A DNA stretch of 61,033 bases, counting the filler, from Basidioascus undulatus (taxonomy: Eukaryota): assembly GCA_000826855.1 (NCBI GenBank). It is 8 parts of 8 records of this genome, joined end to end, with 100 filler letters (N's around TTAATTAATTAA, not from the genome) between each part and the next. Parts side by side here need not be neighbours in the genome. Positions count along the whole stretch, not along the records: positions 5,050 to 30,859 come from JTLS01000204.1; 7 more parts are not named here. The stretch is one strand, 5' to 3'. The notes below the pieces were generated by a model. The model was given only the letters and a program-made list of their open reading frames with translations, ran no database searches and was not told the DNA's origin. Below are positions 12,517 to 25,500 of the stretch, in pieces. The position numbers and the translations under genes were made by a program. Position 1 is the first letter of the stretch. The number at the start of each line of letters is the position of its first letter.

Positions 12517-13707
12517 ATGGCTATCGCACCTCCTCAGCGCCCCGACATCATCGACGACTCGCCCGTGTCCTTCGACGGGGGCGAGTTCGACGGCGAGCTC
12601 GACCTGGACCTCCCCACGGGCGACTTCAACCTCGACGTGGTGGGCGGAGACTCCGAGTCCGCCACGTCTGGCATCGTCCAGAAGCCCAAGAAAAGGCGCA
12701 CGTCGACCGCCGAGAAGCGTTCGCTCCACAACGCTGTCGAGCGTCAGCGCCGCGAGACCCTCAATGGGCGGTTTCTCGTGCGTCTTCTCTGGGCTTTGCT
12801 TTCTTTGTTGCGACTAGCATTGACTGACGCACTGCGAAATCAATAGGACCTCGCACACCTTGTCCCGCAACTGCACGACGTTCGCCGTCCGAGCAAGAGC
12901 GCGATCGTCAACAAGTCTTACGACTACATCCGCGAGCTCCTCTCTGCGCAGGCGCGCGACCAGCACGAGCTGAACGCGCTCCGAAACGAAGTCCGCGAGC
13001 TCCGTGAGCGTCTAGGCCTCGCCGTACCCGCGCCAATGCCCATGTTCGCCGCGGCGCCGATGCTGCACCACCCGCTGGCCGCGCACCACCACGCGCCACC
13101 GCCGCCGTCGTCGGACATGCTTTCCTCAGCGATGTCGCCGACGCTCACGCATGCGTCGGCCTCGGACGACGAACAGGCGATCAACACCCCGCCGCCGACC
13201 ATGGGTTCTCACGGGCTCCCTCTCAGCGGGGACGCGCTCGCATGGAACGCGCTGTTCAACCCGTACACGCTTGGTGCCGCCTCGGCCACCGCGCCGCGCG
13301 ACATCCCACTCCCGCCGGGCGCTCGCCCGTCTACGGGGGTGGACGAGATGCTTTCGGCCTCGCCGTCGTCGTCGCACTCGAGCGCGTCCCCGCGCGCGTC
13401 CGTCTCTGAGCAGCCGCCGTCCGCCACATCCCTGACGTACGCCGACCTCTCGGGCCCCTCGTCCCTCACGCCCTCGTACGCTGCGCTGGCGTCCTCACCC
13501 CCGGATCTCGCACGCCAATTCGCCATGCAGTCGCAGCAGCTCCTCGCGCATCATCACCACCAGCAGCAGCAGTTCGCGGCGCACCAGATGCACGAGCAGC
13601 AGGCGCAGCAGCGGCGCGCGACGTTTCCCGACCACGCCGCGCTCTCGCCTCAGCAGCGCGAGGCGATTTGGCGCGCCCAGGCGCAGTCGGGCGGCCTCTT
13701 TGCGTGA
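12517..13707 (+). CDS. bHLH-leucine zipper transcription factor
   Basis: Basic region KRSLHNAVERQRRETLNGRFL, intron 12778-12846 (GTGCGT..ATAG), then DLAHLVPQLHDVRRPSKSAIVNKSYDYIREL, a zipper (ELNALRNEVRELRERL) and a S/P/Q/H-rich tail. Confidence 0.93.
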
Positions 13708-15030
13708 ATGCAGCGCGCGCACGCTTCAGAGCGCCGCGTTCCCTCTCAGGGACACGTCGACTCCTGCTCTATGTCGGATATGGACTCCTCAAATGCTCTC
13801 CTTTGTCGCGGCTTTACGATCTCCAGGTACGCTTGCAGTCGGCCTCTACTCCCACTCTCGCAAAGTCTTACTCTGTGTCCTCTGCGCAGACTTCACCTTC
13901 GTTCCTTTATTTCTCTCTTTCCTTTGACACTCTGTACACCGCCCACATACCCTACGCTGCTCTGCTCCCCACGGCGGGAGGGAGCGCTCCCCACACTTCC
14001 CTTCACGATCGGGTTTATCTTTCTGCTGTAGTAGGACTCGCTTGTTTCTCTCTCAATCCCCCCCTTCACTTTTCTGATTCCCGCGTTTTTGAGATCCCAT
14101 TTTCGCTGTGCTTGTCCCTTGTACGACCTAGTCTTAGCCAGCGGCGTCGCTGCCTCGAGGGCCGCCCCGCGCACCGTGTAGTAGTCTAGTCTTGAAAATT
14201 GCATCATGCTATCGTGTCAACATCCTCCGTGTGCGAATGTGTGCTCAGCTTCCGACGCAGACTGCCCTGCCTCCAAAGCACACGGGCACCCCTGGGGTAT
14301 CTAACCATGTAACATACATTTTGAAGGCTCCTACACTATGCAATGGCGGCAGTGACGAATGGATACGCCTGAAACGCGATGGAGCGGAATTCGTTGAGTG
14401 GACTGAACCTCCGCATGGGCACTTGACGACGCTGCTTAGAACTGTTGTGTTCTAGAATAATAATGGAAGTTTTTTTGCACTTAACACCTCGGAAATTGAT
14501 AGGATCTCCGCAGCTCACTCATGACCGCGTGACTCCACAGTGTGAGCAATATGCCCTGGGGCTCGAGTCTGCTGCCACTCTCCTAAGATTGAAACTGGTG
14601 TTGAGATAAAGTAAGGAAGCCTGGGCGAGAAAGATTTTTACGTCACTTAGGGTGACTCTCGTGAGCCATGGGATGTCAAGTGGAAGACACAGGTCTCCAT
14701 TGACTCGTTGCGAATATCGTTGCGTCTCCCCTTCGGTTACAGTCTGAAAAGTGCTTCGCGCCTTGCCGACTGACTTTTGATCCCTGAAACCGCAAGGAAA
14801 GCAGCCTCCCTTTCTTCTATATCAGCGAGCAGTGTCGTCCTTAGAACTTGGAAGGAGTTCAAGTGATTCAAGGCGCCCTCGGTTCCTCCTTTCGTCCATC
14901 CGTCCTTCCGCCCGGTACCTTTGCGTGCCAACCAATATCGCTTTCTTGCTCCTTCACCTCATCGCACTTCCACCCCTCTCATTTCCACTTCAGCCACGCA
15001 CCGCGCTGCTCCAGCACACCACCGTCTGCG

Positions 15031-15786
15031 ATGACTGTCGACCCGGAGGCGGACGTCGCATCCCGCAAATAGCAAGCGATGCGCCCTTTCTTTGGGTCCC
15101 TGCGCTCGTTCGCCACTGAAGGTCTTTTCTTGCATGTCCGAACTTCAGATCGCGCCTCTTCCCTATACGATGCATTACACCTTTCCCTATCAATCCGGTC
15201 CCTCGCTCGCCAACCCAAACCGCCCACCTTCGCATCCACCCCATGGTCGGCCTTTGGCTCGCGATCAAGGAGATGAACGCTCTCATCACGGCCGGGTCCG
15301 GACGCCGACGCTCTCGTCGACAAGCTCTTTGCTCTCAAACGACTTTACAACTCGTATCCTCACTCGCACACGACTCCCTCGGCAATCGCTCCTCCCCCGC
15401 CGCCGCCGTCGGGTGCTGGCAGCCCGCCGGGTTCGTCCAGTCCTGACGTAGGTGGGCCTTTTGGTCCGAGGCCTCCTCATCATCGCTGGGCCTATCCGGA
15501 GAGCCGCTTCGTGGGCGACAGCTCTCTGCCTTTGTCCCCTGTTTCGCCTCACTTGCCCCCGCAGCTGCAACCACAGACGATTCACCCGTACATCTCTGTT
15601 GATGCAAATGGGAATGAGCAGATCACGCCCTGGCCTACTGCAGGGTTTGACGCGGATCTAACATTCGAGGCTTTGCAAGGCCGAGCAGCGGGGTCGCAAC
15701 AGGGAGCTGGGAAAGCCCTTCCGAGGTCGAGGGCAGGTTGCGCAATTGGTGAGCGAGTCCTCGTGATTATCACGATTGCTGTTTGA
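15031..15786 (+). pseudogene. Degenerate hypothetical gene remnant
   Basis: Coding-like segments (LWLAIKEMNALITAG / PDADALVDKLFALKRLYNSYPH..ITPWPTAGFDADLTFEAL) join only through a frameshift at about 15295. There is an early stop at 15070-15072. Confidence 0.35.
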
Positions 15787-16313
15787 CTATTGCGTTGTCT
15801 ATGATACTATTTTACGCTCGTGTCCGTCAAGTGAGCGGGACTGCCCTGGAACGCAGGTGTTTCCGCATGGCAGCCGCGTGCGCTCAGCACTGCGACGTGC
15901 TAGTCGCCGCCTAGCCAAGTTCGACATCGCTCTGATATATTTGATGGAGATGTACAGTCTGGAAGCAGCGAGCTGGGCAAGCTGCGCGCTGAACAGTTAC
16001 ACTGGCGTTTGCGCGAGAAGGCCTGAGGGTTGTTGGCGGATCTTGATGTCGGAAAGAAGCAGAAAAGCACAGTGGGGCATGATGTATAATGTGCTTGATT
16101 TGAACAAGCAAGGGATCTAGATGAATTTCCGACGACGTTGGTCGACAGCGTTCGACATTTAAGTATGACAGCAGCTCCATTGCGACGCGATAGACGAAAT
16201 GATCGGCATGAAATGCAATGAGAGCTGGGATGCGAGTACAATGCTGTGCGGATAAATTGCGCATACAAAAAATACAAACAATGCAGGAGAGAATGCAACG
16301 CAGAAAGAGTTGT

Positions 16314-18452
16314 TCAACGTGCGAGGGCGAGCGATGGGCGCAAGTGGGGTGGTGTGGGGTGTTCCTGCACATTAGGCCTTGGGCCAAAGCGGCGGTATAT
16401 GAAGGACAACAAAGAGGGGGAGGGAGTAATGCTAGAGACGAGCTCGGGTGGCGATGGGGGCGTTTCGGGGTCAGGGGAAAGTGGTGTGGCGGCGGCGGCG
16501 GGGGCGACGACGGCGAAGGCGACGCCGGTCTCGGTAGAATCGGTCAAAGGGGTCGACTCGGTCGAAGGCCGAAGCGGGACCAGCGACTCGCGAGGATGAT
16601 CGTAGAAGACGCGGTACACCGTGCTCGAGGGCAGGTCGAGCTCGTCGCATGTCCGCACGAGGACCTCCTCCAAGTCGACCGGCGACGGGAATGTCGACGC
16701 GAGGCAGCGCAAGAGGAGGACCTGCAGATGCGCGCAGTCGCCGACGGGGTAGTCCTCCGCAACGGCACGCGCCCGCATGGTTTCCATGGCGCGCTGGTAC
16801 TCGCCGTCGTCCGGCCTGCGCGCCGCCGTCTGCAGCGTGACGGTCGTGACCTTCGCCCGCGGCGGGAGAAGCGCGTGCATGACGTGGCCCCACGTCTCCT
16901 CGAGGCGGCCGAGCTGTGGGCGCCCCAGGACCGCGCGGAGGAGTCGCATCTGGTCGTTGGTCGGGTCCAAGGAAACGAGGATGCCCCGGATCGTGAGGGC
17001 CAGCTCGCTGATGACCGTGCGCCGCACGTCGAGCGCGACGTCCTGCGCGCGACGCGCGCGCAGTAGCAGCACTGCGATCGCCCAGTCTTGGCGTCGGATA
17101 GCGAGGCGAATGGCGGGAACGAGGATATCGACGCTGAGTTGGCGCGCGGGGAGGGCGAGCGCGTGTCCGAGAAGTGTCCGCCCGGCGAGGAGCTGGTTGT
17201 CACAGTGAGACGGGGTGTCGCCGCGTCGCAGGTACGCGTTCAGAGCGTACTTGATCGTGCGCGGCGTGCGAGGGTGTGGCGAATCGGCGTAAAGCGCGAG
17301 GGTGTTGCCGGTCCGTCCATGAGCGGACTCGAGATGAATGAGGGCATAGAAGAGGCGGCGGTTGGCCGGCAGTGGGGGACGTCGACCAGATGATCTCGGG
17401 GATATGAGAGAATAGAGCCGATGGGGGGGCAAGGGGGGAATCGGAGCGCGCGCGTGAGCGTTGACGAGGGCGATGAGGGGAGCGGTGCGGTCTTCGGAAG
17501 TCGAGAATGAAAACAAGGGAGTCGGATCGGCCAGCGCGCGATACTCTTCGTACGCGGCCCATGCCGCCGACAAACCGTCCCGTTCTGCGCGCTCCCGGAT
17601 CGTCTTCGCCCATTGCGCCCCGCTCGCCCCACTCAGGTCCGCCTGCTCTCCCACAGACTGCAACCGCTCCTCGAGCCGGCTCGCCGCCTGTACCTCGCCC
17701 ACCCGCACCAGAGCGTTCTTCGCTGCCCTGAGAAGGCCCAGGTCTGGGGCGCTCAAACCCGCGAGTGCGCCCCGCACAGCCTCGACGACGTCTGGCGGCT
17801 CGACATCGGGCGCGCGCGACAGGAGCGAGAGCAGCGCCGTCTGCGCGGACGGCGAGAGGATGAACCCGCGCGAGGCCATGCGTGCTGCGATCGAGGCGCA
17901 GCCCACGACGTCCCCCGCACGAGCGAACGCTCTGAGGGCGCGCTCGAGGTCTTCGGCTGTCGATGAGGAGCCGACCTGACGCTGGAAGGTGCCGAGCGCG
18001 AGGCGATGCTTGCCATGATCGAGGTAGCGCTGGCATTCCTCGAGTAGAGCGCGCTGCCTCTCGCGTTCTGCGCGAGGTTGTGCGACGCCAGCCTGTATAC
18101 CAACCCTATAATGAGTGAGAATGCTAACAAGCACCATAATCCACGGATGGAAACACACCTGTCCAGACCGCCCGAACCCCACCGGAGCGTCCTCCACCAT
18201 CTCAGCGCACGCCCGCGAAGACGACGGCTGGGCGCCAGAATCCAGCCCAAGACTATGGGATCTCAGTACTCTCTGTGACGGCCTCGGCAGCGACGGGAGC
18301 CGCGGCGAGGGCGGCGGCGGCGGCGGCTGTCGAGCAGGAGGTCGCGCGAGCACAGCCGCGGCGGAGGCGGGGGAGGGCGCAGACGCGCCGAACATCTTGA
18401 GTGCGTCCCTCAGTCGCGCCGCGGCTCTGGGTTGCCGCGTGCTGAGAGACAT
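16314..18452 (-). CDS. Pentatricopeptide-repeat-like (probably mitochondrial) protein
   Basis: 712-aa ORF with an R/S/A-rich N-terminus and PPR-like helical repeats (ALRAFARAGDVVGCASIAARMASRGFILSPSAQTALLSLL; LIALVNAHAR; NRRLFYALIHLE; TIKYALNAYLRRG). Probable in-frame 66-nt intron at 18093-18158. Confidence 0.7.
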   Translation of the reverse strand: MSLSTRQPRAAARLRDALKMFGASAPSPASAAAVLARPPARQPPPPPPSPRLPSLPRPSQRVLRSHSLGLDSGAQPSSSRACAEMVEDAPVGFGRSGQVCFHPWIMVLVSILTHYRVGIQAGVAQPRAERERQRALLEECQRYLDHGKHRLALGTFQRQVGSSSTAEDLERALRAFARAGDVVGCASIAARMASRGFILSPSAQTALLSLLSRAPDVEPPDVVEAVRGALAGLSAPDLGLLRAAKNALVRVGEVQAASRLEERLQSVGEQADLSGASGAQWAKTIRERAERDGLSAAWAAYEEYRALADPTPLFSFSTSEDRTAPLIALVNAHARAPIPPLPPHRLYSLISPRSSGRRPPLPANRRLFYALIHLESAHGRTGNTLALYADSPHPRTPRTIKYALNAYLRRGDTPSHCDNQLLAGRTLLGHALALPARQLSVDILVPAIRLAIRRQDWAIAVLLLRARRAQDVALDVRRTVISELALTIRGILVSLDPTNDQMRLLRAVLGRPQLGRLEETWGHVMHALLPPRAKVTTVTLQTAARRPDDGEYQRAMETMRARAVAEDYPVGDCAHLQVLLLRCLASTFPSPVDLEEVLVRTCDELDLPSSTVYRVFYDHPRESLVPLRPSTESTPLTDSTETGVAFAVVAPAAAATPLSPDPETPPSPPELVSSITPSPSLLSFIYRRFGPRPNVQEHPTPPHLRPSLALAR

Positions 18453-18583
18453 GAGTAAGATAGGTCGTGGGCGGGTGAGCTGAACATGTATGCTGGAAGG
18501 GAGAAGAAGGTCCCTCGAGCCGGGAGATTTCCCCTTTCGGCCCTCGTGAAAACCCTAAATACCGAAAGCTTGCATGGCTGGCA

Positions 18584-19099
18584 GTGTGTTGCCTCTTGAG
18601 AGTTCACTTCACCAAGCCCCTGGCCGCGGTTATCCCCCTCCTCAACGGGATGCCGAACCTACGCATCTTGACTTTGACGATCAGCAACTACGAGGACAAC
18701 TCTGCTCCGCTTTTCCTACCCCGTCTTTCCTCGTTCCAGTGGCTGGCGTGGGGCGCGGCAAAGAGAGCTTCAGCTGAAGCGCTTCAGCAGGCGCAGCTCC
18801 CATCGCTGCGTTTCTTTCTGATCGGGATTTCAGCAGAGTATCCAGTCAATGGACATAGGGGTGTGGTTAGACCGTGTTGTTAGGACCGACTTTCGCAGTG
18901 CTTCAAGGCTATCGAACTCGATCGACTGCTCAATTTGGCACCGACCTCACCAATCACATCGGAAGACATGGAAATCTGGTCGCAGTCGGCCGAAGAGAGC
19001 CTCCGGAAGAAAGGCATCAGCCTGTCTCTCAATAATAACGGCGTGGAGGGCTCCTTGGCGATTGTTGTGAAGCGTGCCGAGGACATCATCAGGCCATGA
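18584..19099 (+). pseudogene. LRR-like C-terminal fragment (F-box/LRR family remnant)
   Basis: LLNGMPNLRILTL, LPRLSSFQW and QLPSLRFFLI resemble LRR units. There is no clear start and an internal stop at 18883. Confidence 0.4.
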
Positions 19100-20464
19100 G
19101 CGCGTCATGTTCGAGTTGTCCTGAGCGTACCGTTGTTTTGCCCCATTCCTAGAGACCATAGAACGACCTTGGCAGAGCATGGCCCGAGTCCTTGTCAGTA
19201 TAAGCTGGCAGCTGGACTAGAACTATGGCACTCAAATTTCTTGGAGTCGTTCAAAGTCATCACTTTCATCGTCACCGCGTCACTGTGATACTCATGGATC
19301 ATACGCAGGACGTGAACTCCCCCTGAGTCCCATGTGCGAAAGGACGCCAAAGGGGGAGCAAGAGAGGTGCAGGACTCATGGCGAACGGATACATGCAGAG
19401 CTAATATCAGGTAGAGGAACTCGGAAGGACTGCGTCGTCACAGCTACCCGACTCTGTTCGCCCTTCTCTGCAAGACTCTGAGTATTCAGGTCGTAAATAA
19501 CCACTTCTATATCTCCATAGAACAAGTTGTCACGTTTCGAAGAAGTGCCACAAGTAGAGGGAGAAGCAGGACACCCATCGTTCCCGGCCCGCTCCATGCT
19601 CATCAGCAGTGCCCTTCCTTGACGCTTCCCGTGGCTAACTTATCTTCAACTTCCGGACACAGATTATAAATAACTACTTTCCAGTATTTTATACACAAGC
19701 CGTGAGATTGAGGATGAAAAATGCCAGGTTCAACCCAGTACACCCGCGCAATTGAAGTGCGATCGCCCTTTGGAGCCCTTAGCCTCTGTGGGCATTTTGG
19801 ACAACATATAATATCCTTGTGCATGACGTGACTCCAAGCAATGCCAGAGTGAGCGCTAACCATGACAGAAGAGGGCATCTTACCAACGGCGGATTGACGG
19901 TTCGCCGGTTACATAGGTCAAGGTCAAGGTCAAGGTGGTTATGCTGCAGGATTGCGTGTCATGTCCTCCCTATACACTTAGAGAGGGCAAGTTGTATTTT
20001 ATAATGAACAAAGCTGTCTGGTGGAGTCGCTTTCCCCTGTCGTGGGGCAGCATCCGCCGGCCCAACAGTCTCGAAGTCAGCACGCAAGTCGCCACGGAGG
20101 GCATTCCCCGAAAAATGGGGCTATCGATGTGGGAGGTCAAGAGAAAGCGCAGGAGTGGGTTCACACGTGTACTGGCGATCCCCGTGTAACAGCGCCGTCG
20201 GGGAAGGGTGCAGTCACGGACTGGGGTGTCGGTAACCCAATTGAGAAGCACTTCCTCAGCGAAACGCCCCCAGGCGGCTTTGCAAGGTCTGAAGAAGCTT
20301 GGAAAGACTCAAATACAGTGCCACTGACCTCGAAAACATGAGTCTTTGATAACGGACTCTAGCACCCCGCGACTGCCGCAATGCGCACACACTGCAACCC
20401 TGTCCAGAACACACAGCATCCGTCCATCAAACCAATAAACAATTCACCCTCCACGACCTCCCCC

Positions 20465-22296
20465 CTAGCGGGGCCTAACATCCAGCACCCTCAACACCGT
20501 CCTGCTCTCCGTTCCGCCCGCCCACTCCGCATCCTCCTCGTCCTCGTCCTCGTCCTCGCCCTCCACCTCCAGCTCCAAATGGAAGCACCCCGTAAAGTCC
20601 GCGCGGAGGTCCGACGACTTCTCAGTCTTCCCGACGGGGTCCTCGCACGAGTGCACGACCGGCGGGCGTGCGGGCGTGCCCCGCCGCAGGGCGCGCAGGT
20701 CCAGCACGTTTAGACGCCGCCGCTGGGTGGGGGAGGAGGCGGAGTGGGTGCTGTGGGGAGGACGGGGTCAGCTGTGGAAGGGGGGAAAGGGGAAGGGGAA
20801 GAGGGAGGGACATACCCGACGGCGTAGGATTGGAAGACTGCGCGCCCATCCCGGAAGCCGACTTCGTCGGAGACGACGTGGTGCTCGAATGGGAGGTGGA
20901 TGACGGACGGGAGCGCATCCGGGTGGTTGTCCTTCTTCTCGAGCGCGGCGCGCCAGCTCGGGAAGTACACCGCGAGGTTCATGTCCCACAGTAGGAGCTC
21001 GTCGCCCACGACGTGCATGCCGATCTCTCCCATGTCGAGCTCGCGGGGGGGGAGGGGCTCGTCCTCCTGCGGGAGGGGGACGAGGGGGAGCGCGAGCGTG
21101 TGGTCTTCCGCGGCGTCCGGCTCGGCGGCCTCGAGCGTGTCGGGGAATGCCCAGTCCGCGTGCGAGGGGAAGGACGACCCCAGGGGGAGCACGCCCAGCG
21201 ACAGCCCGCTCGAGGCGCTGTAGATTTCCAGCCCGTGCGGGAGCGCGGCGAGCACTGCGGATGCGCTGGCATCGACGTTCACGAAGGTGCCGGAGAGGCG
21301 GTGCGCGGGCGTGAGGGTGGGGAGGGAGTAGACGAAGATGTGCGTGGACGTTTGGGCGGCGAGGGTGCTGGACGCGCTCAATTAGCACTGAAGTTCCCAG
21401 AGAAATAAACGAAGGAAGGAAGAAGAAGGAATAGTAGACGAACGGGTAAGCGAATGCCCAGTACTCTGGCAGATCAGGCATGTCCGCCAAGGAGACTTCC
21501 CCCACAGCCTCGAACGCCAACGCGCCCTCCGCGGTGCGCGTGCGCCGGAAACAGTCGAACCCGTTCCGCCCCGAGCAAATGAGAAAGCCCGCGCGCGAGT
21601 CGTATTCGAAGTTGCACGCGCGGCGCGCCTCGGACTGGTGAAGACGGCGGATTGTAAGCGTGCGAGGGGAGCGGGAACGGATGGAAGCACACAAGTACCG
21701 GTTCAGATTCCCAGAGGATTTCGCCGGTTGCGAGGGAGACGGCGCGGATGCGCCCTGAGGACCGAAGGGGTCGGTTTGTGGGGAGAGGGGGAGAGTGGAA
21801 GAGCGACGGACCGTCCGAAAAATTCAAGGCGAGAGCGAAGCCGCCTTCGAGCACATCCACTGCCAAGTGGCTCCAGTACCGCCTCCCAATCTCGATCTGC
21901 TTTCTCCTTCCTCCAGCAGGATCCCTCCAAGAGCGTTGTAGCAGGGTATGAGCCCGACCTTCGAAGCATACCAACCATTCAGTTCCATCTCATCTCACAG
22001 CCAAGCCCACCACCGGACTCACAAAGGTCCTTCCAGCTCTCCATCCCCTTCCAATACTCGAACGCGGACTCCTTCTGCGCGACCGTGTCACGCAGGTTCT
22101 CGTAGGGGGTAGCAATCCCGAGCGTGACTGCCGCGTGTCGGTAGACGATGTCCTGCGCTGGGGAGACGAGGAATGCATGCCAGGTCTTGCAGAGGGCGTG
22201 CAGGCTGGCGAGGTCGGGGAGGGGCAGATGGCTAAGGACGCCGGTGACTAGCTCGGGTGGGAGCGCGGCTAGAGGGTCTGTGGGAATGCGTTCCAT
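20465..22296 (-). CDS. F-box protein with predicted beta-rich C-terminal domain
   Basis: F-box DPLAALPPELVTGVLSHLPLPDLASLHALCKTWH, then several GT-AG-bounded exons (SHLAVDVLEGG, IRAVSLATGEILW, HIFVYSLPTL, LLLWDM) ending LRVLDVRPR*. Confidence 0.8.
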
Positions 22297-22530
22297 CGCG
22301 TTGGGTGGTGTGGAAGAGAAGTAACAAGGAAATTACATCTATGGGCGGAGGGAGGAGGGGAGAAGTCGCACACATTATCTCGCTTGATATTTCTCACGTG
22401 AATTTGCGCCATAATGTCGAGCGCCAAATAGCGAACAATAGCGGACGCGGGCGATCACCCTCATCGATCTCCACAGTTTAGGCGGATACGCTGCGACGAC
22501 AATCTCTGTATTTTCATTCGCTATACGGGC

Positions 22531-25500
22531 ATGGACTCGACGACACTATTCGCCTCCGGCGCGATCTCGCGCCCGCACTACCAGCTCGTCCGCACGCTCG
22601 AGGACGCGCCGACGCCTCAGCACCGCGACGCAGCGGTCGAGCGCGAGGTGGAGCGCATCAGGGACAAGCTCGAGCATGGGGGGAACAACACCGTGCGCAT
22701 CCTGATCTTCACACACACAGGTAATTAGCTGATGATGAGCGAGGGGGACAGCGCAAAGTGATGGAGCTCCTCGTCCTCCTCATGCAATGCCATGTCTCCG
22801 CGGGAGAGCTCGAGGACGGGACGGAGTGGGCGCTGGTGCATGCTGTGAAGCTGGCAGAGGGCGGGAGAGACTTGGTTGAGCGACGGATAGGTAAGCCGCT
22901 TGCCGCTCTGTGCGGGGGTGTTGGGAAGCTCACAGAGGGTGGGGGCGGACAGGGTACCTCTTCGTCAGCCTGTACCTCCCGCCCGAGCACGAGCTCGCTC
23001 TGATGCTCGTCAATACCATCCGCAAGGTGCATGTTCCTACAAAATGGGGACGAAGCCTGAGCGGAGCGCTGACAGTACCGACGAAATAGGACCTCGAGTC
23101 TCCCCTCACCGCGCACGTCCTCCTCGCGCTCTCCTTCCTCCTCCACTGCCCCTCAGCCGAATGCGTCCCCGCCATCCGCCGAAAACTCACCGACCTCGTG
23201 TCCCACTCCTCGTCCGTCCACTCGAATCCCTGGATTCTTACGCGCACCCGCTCATGCAGCCCCCTCCCACAGCCCCGACATCCGCCGCAAGACCCTCGGC
23301 GCCGTCGCGTCCCTCTCGCGCGTCTCGCCCGACCTGTTCGGAGCCCCTGAGCTGCGAGAAGCCGTTTTCCTCCGTCTTTCAGACGCCGACCCGAGCGTCG
23401 CCTCCGCGTGCACAACTCTCGTATCGTCCTACCTCGCCGTGCGTGCATCTCCGTTCCTCACGCCGCGCTGTGGAGACTCAGGCAAGGCGGTTTGGTCTTC
23501 AGGCAGGCCAAATTGCCAGAGAATCCATCGTACAATCTGTCTCGGGCCTGCTCAAGCGCGTGCTGGGCGGAGCGTTCGGGCACGAGGCGGAGTATCACGG
23601 GCAGCCGACACCGTGGTTGCAGTGCAAGGTGCTGCGGCTGCTTAGAGAGGCTCTACAGCGGGGTGTTTCGACCGCGTACGTATCAGTAGATTCAATTTCG
23701 AATATCGTACACTCACACTTGTTCTGCGCCAGCCTCCAAGACGAGATCCTCTCCCTCGTGCTGACCGTCTACAAGCGCGCCTCCTCCGGCGTCGACGCAG
23801 CATACGGTCCGCTCCTCGCTCCCCTCTCCCTCTCTTCGCATCATTCCAACTGAACCTCATCCTCTTCCTCACCAACGTAGGAATCCTCCTTGAATCCCTG
23901 CGCACTCTCTCGTCCTACCCCGCATCCGTCCTCGCGCCTCACGCGCCCACGCTCCTCGCCCCGCTGCACACGGTCCTCGCCTCCCACAACGCCAACAAGC
24001 GGTACCTCGCCCTCCGCTGTCTGGACGCGCTCCCGGCGGAGCTGTGGACACTGGAGGAGCGGGAGATGGGGCGGGTGATGGAGGGCGTGGAGCACGCGGA
24101 CCAGACCGTCCGGGTCGAGGTGCGTTTTCGCCTCTCACTTTTTCCTCCTACCACCCCTCTCATGCGCACACCCCAGACACTCCGCCTCCTTAACCGGCTG
24201 GACCCCGCCCTCTCCTCGCAGCTGCACGCGATCCTCTTCGCATCCCTCCAGAGCCGCCCGAGCCCCGCCACCGCGCTCCGCATCCTCGAAGTCGCCCGCG
24301 TCGCGCGCAACGGGGCGGCGTACGCGCGCCGGCTGGAGGAGGCGATGGATGTGGGGGTCGCGGCCCCGGCGGACGTGGCGGCGGTGTGGGAGGAGGGCGT
24401 GGAACGCGTATTAAGAGACCTGCGCGACGGCGAGTGCGAGGCTTTGTGGGGTGAGGCGGGGATTGCTGATGGTTTTTTGGGGGGCAGGAAGCGACGAGTT
24501 CAGGACGGGTTTTGGCGAGGCGATGATGGGGCCTGCGAAGGTCGAGGACGAGGGGAAGCGCGTGGGCCCGACACTCGCGGTCATCTACGCTGCGGTGGCG
24601 TGCGAGTACCCCACTGTGCAATGGGGAGCTGCCCTAGCCGAGGTCCTTCACACCCTCGCTGGCTTCCTGTCCGCTTCTTCCGGTTAGCGTCCATCTGCCG
24701 CCCTGTCCAGTCTGACAGCCGCTCACTCGGAGTCGTGACGGCGCAGCTGGCGTCCAGGAAGCGCTGATTGTTGCACTGGTTCGCGTCGCTGGGCGTTTAC
24801 CTGATGGCGAGACCGTCCCGGATGGGGTGACGCGGGCAGTGGAGGACGTGCAGAGGAAGGGGAGGAGACATATCCGCATAGTCCGTTACTTTCGTTCCTT
24901 ACGGCTGAGGACGACGCTGATTTTCATTGTTTGCCTCGACGCAGCGCTGCAACCAGTTTAGATTGCTATCCGAGGACAGCGAGCGGATGAAAGACGCCCT
25001 CGAGCGGCTGAAGGATTCGACGGTCAGTTTCACTGGCCTCGCCAGTCCATCTCATACACTCCAATGCTGACGTCCATTCTCTCCGTACCTCCAGCTCCCC
25101 GACGTACTCCGTTCCATGGAAGAACACTTCCACTACCACCCCCCTCCCGCGCCGTCCTCGCCCGGCAAGTCCGAGCCGACGCTCAGCCCGACCGCGTCCA
25201 CCTCGCGCCTCGCCGCGTCCGCACTGCGCTACGACGCGTACGATGCCCCGCCCCCGCCCACCACCACACGCAGGATGTCCCGCTCGGGATCGGCGTCGTC
25301 GTCTTCGACTGCACTGCGGCATGGTGGGCAGGACGAGAGCGAGCCGCTCGCGAGGACTTTGACGCCCGGCGAGCTGGCGCTTGCCGATGCGGACTTTGAT
25401 GGGTTTGAAAGTAGGGAAGGACGCGCGCGGGAGAAGGGGAAGGGGAAGGAGCAGAGCAGCGAGACTGACGATCTGGTGAGGGTCCTTTTCCCTGTGCTCT

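Noticed and set aside
16218..17979. Long antisense or overlapping ORFs, also 22900-23853, 25183-25998, 33028-33795 and 46023-46844
   Set aside because: These are shadow frames of GC-rich coding sequence, with Arg/Gly/Pro-rich translations and no recognisable motifs.
19915..19936. (AGGTCA)n direct repeat as a regulatory element; also (GCTCATT)n near 46830-46860
   Set aside because: These are short simple repeats consistent with slippage, with no supporting context.
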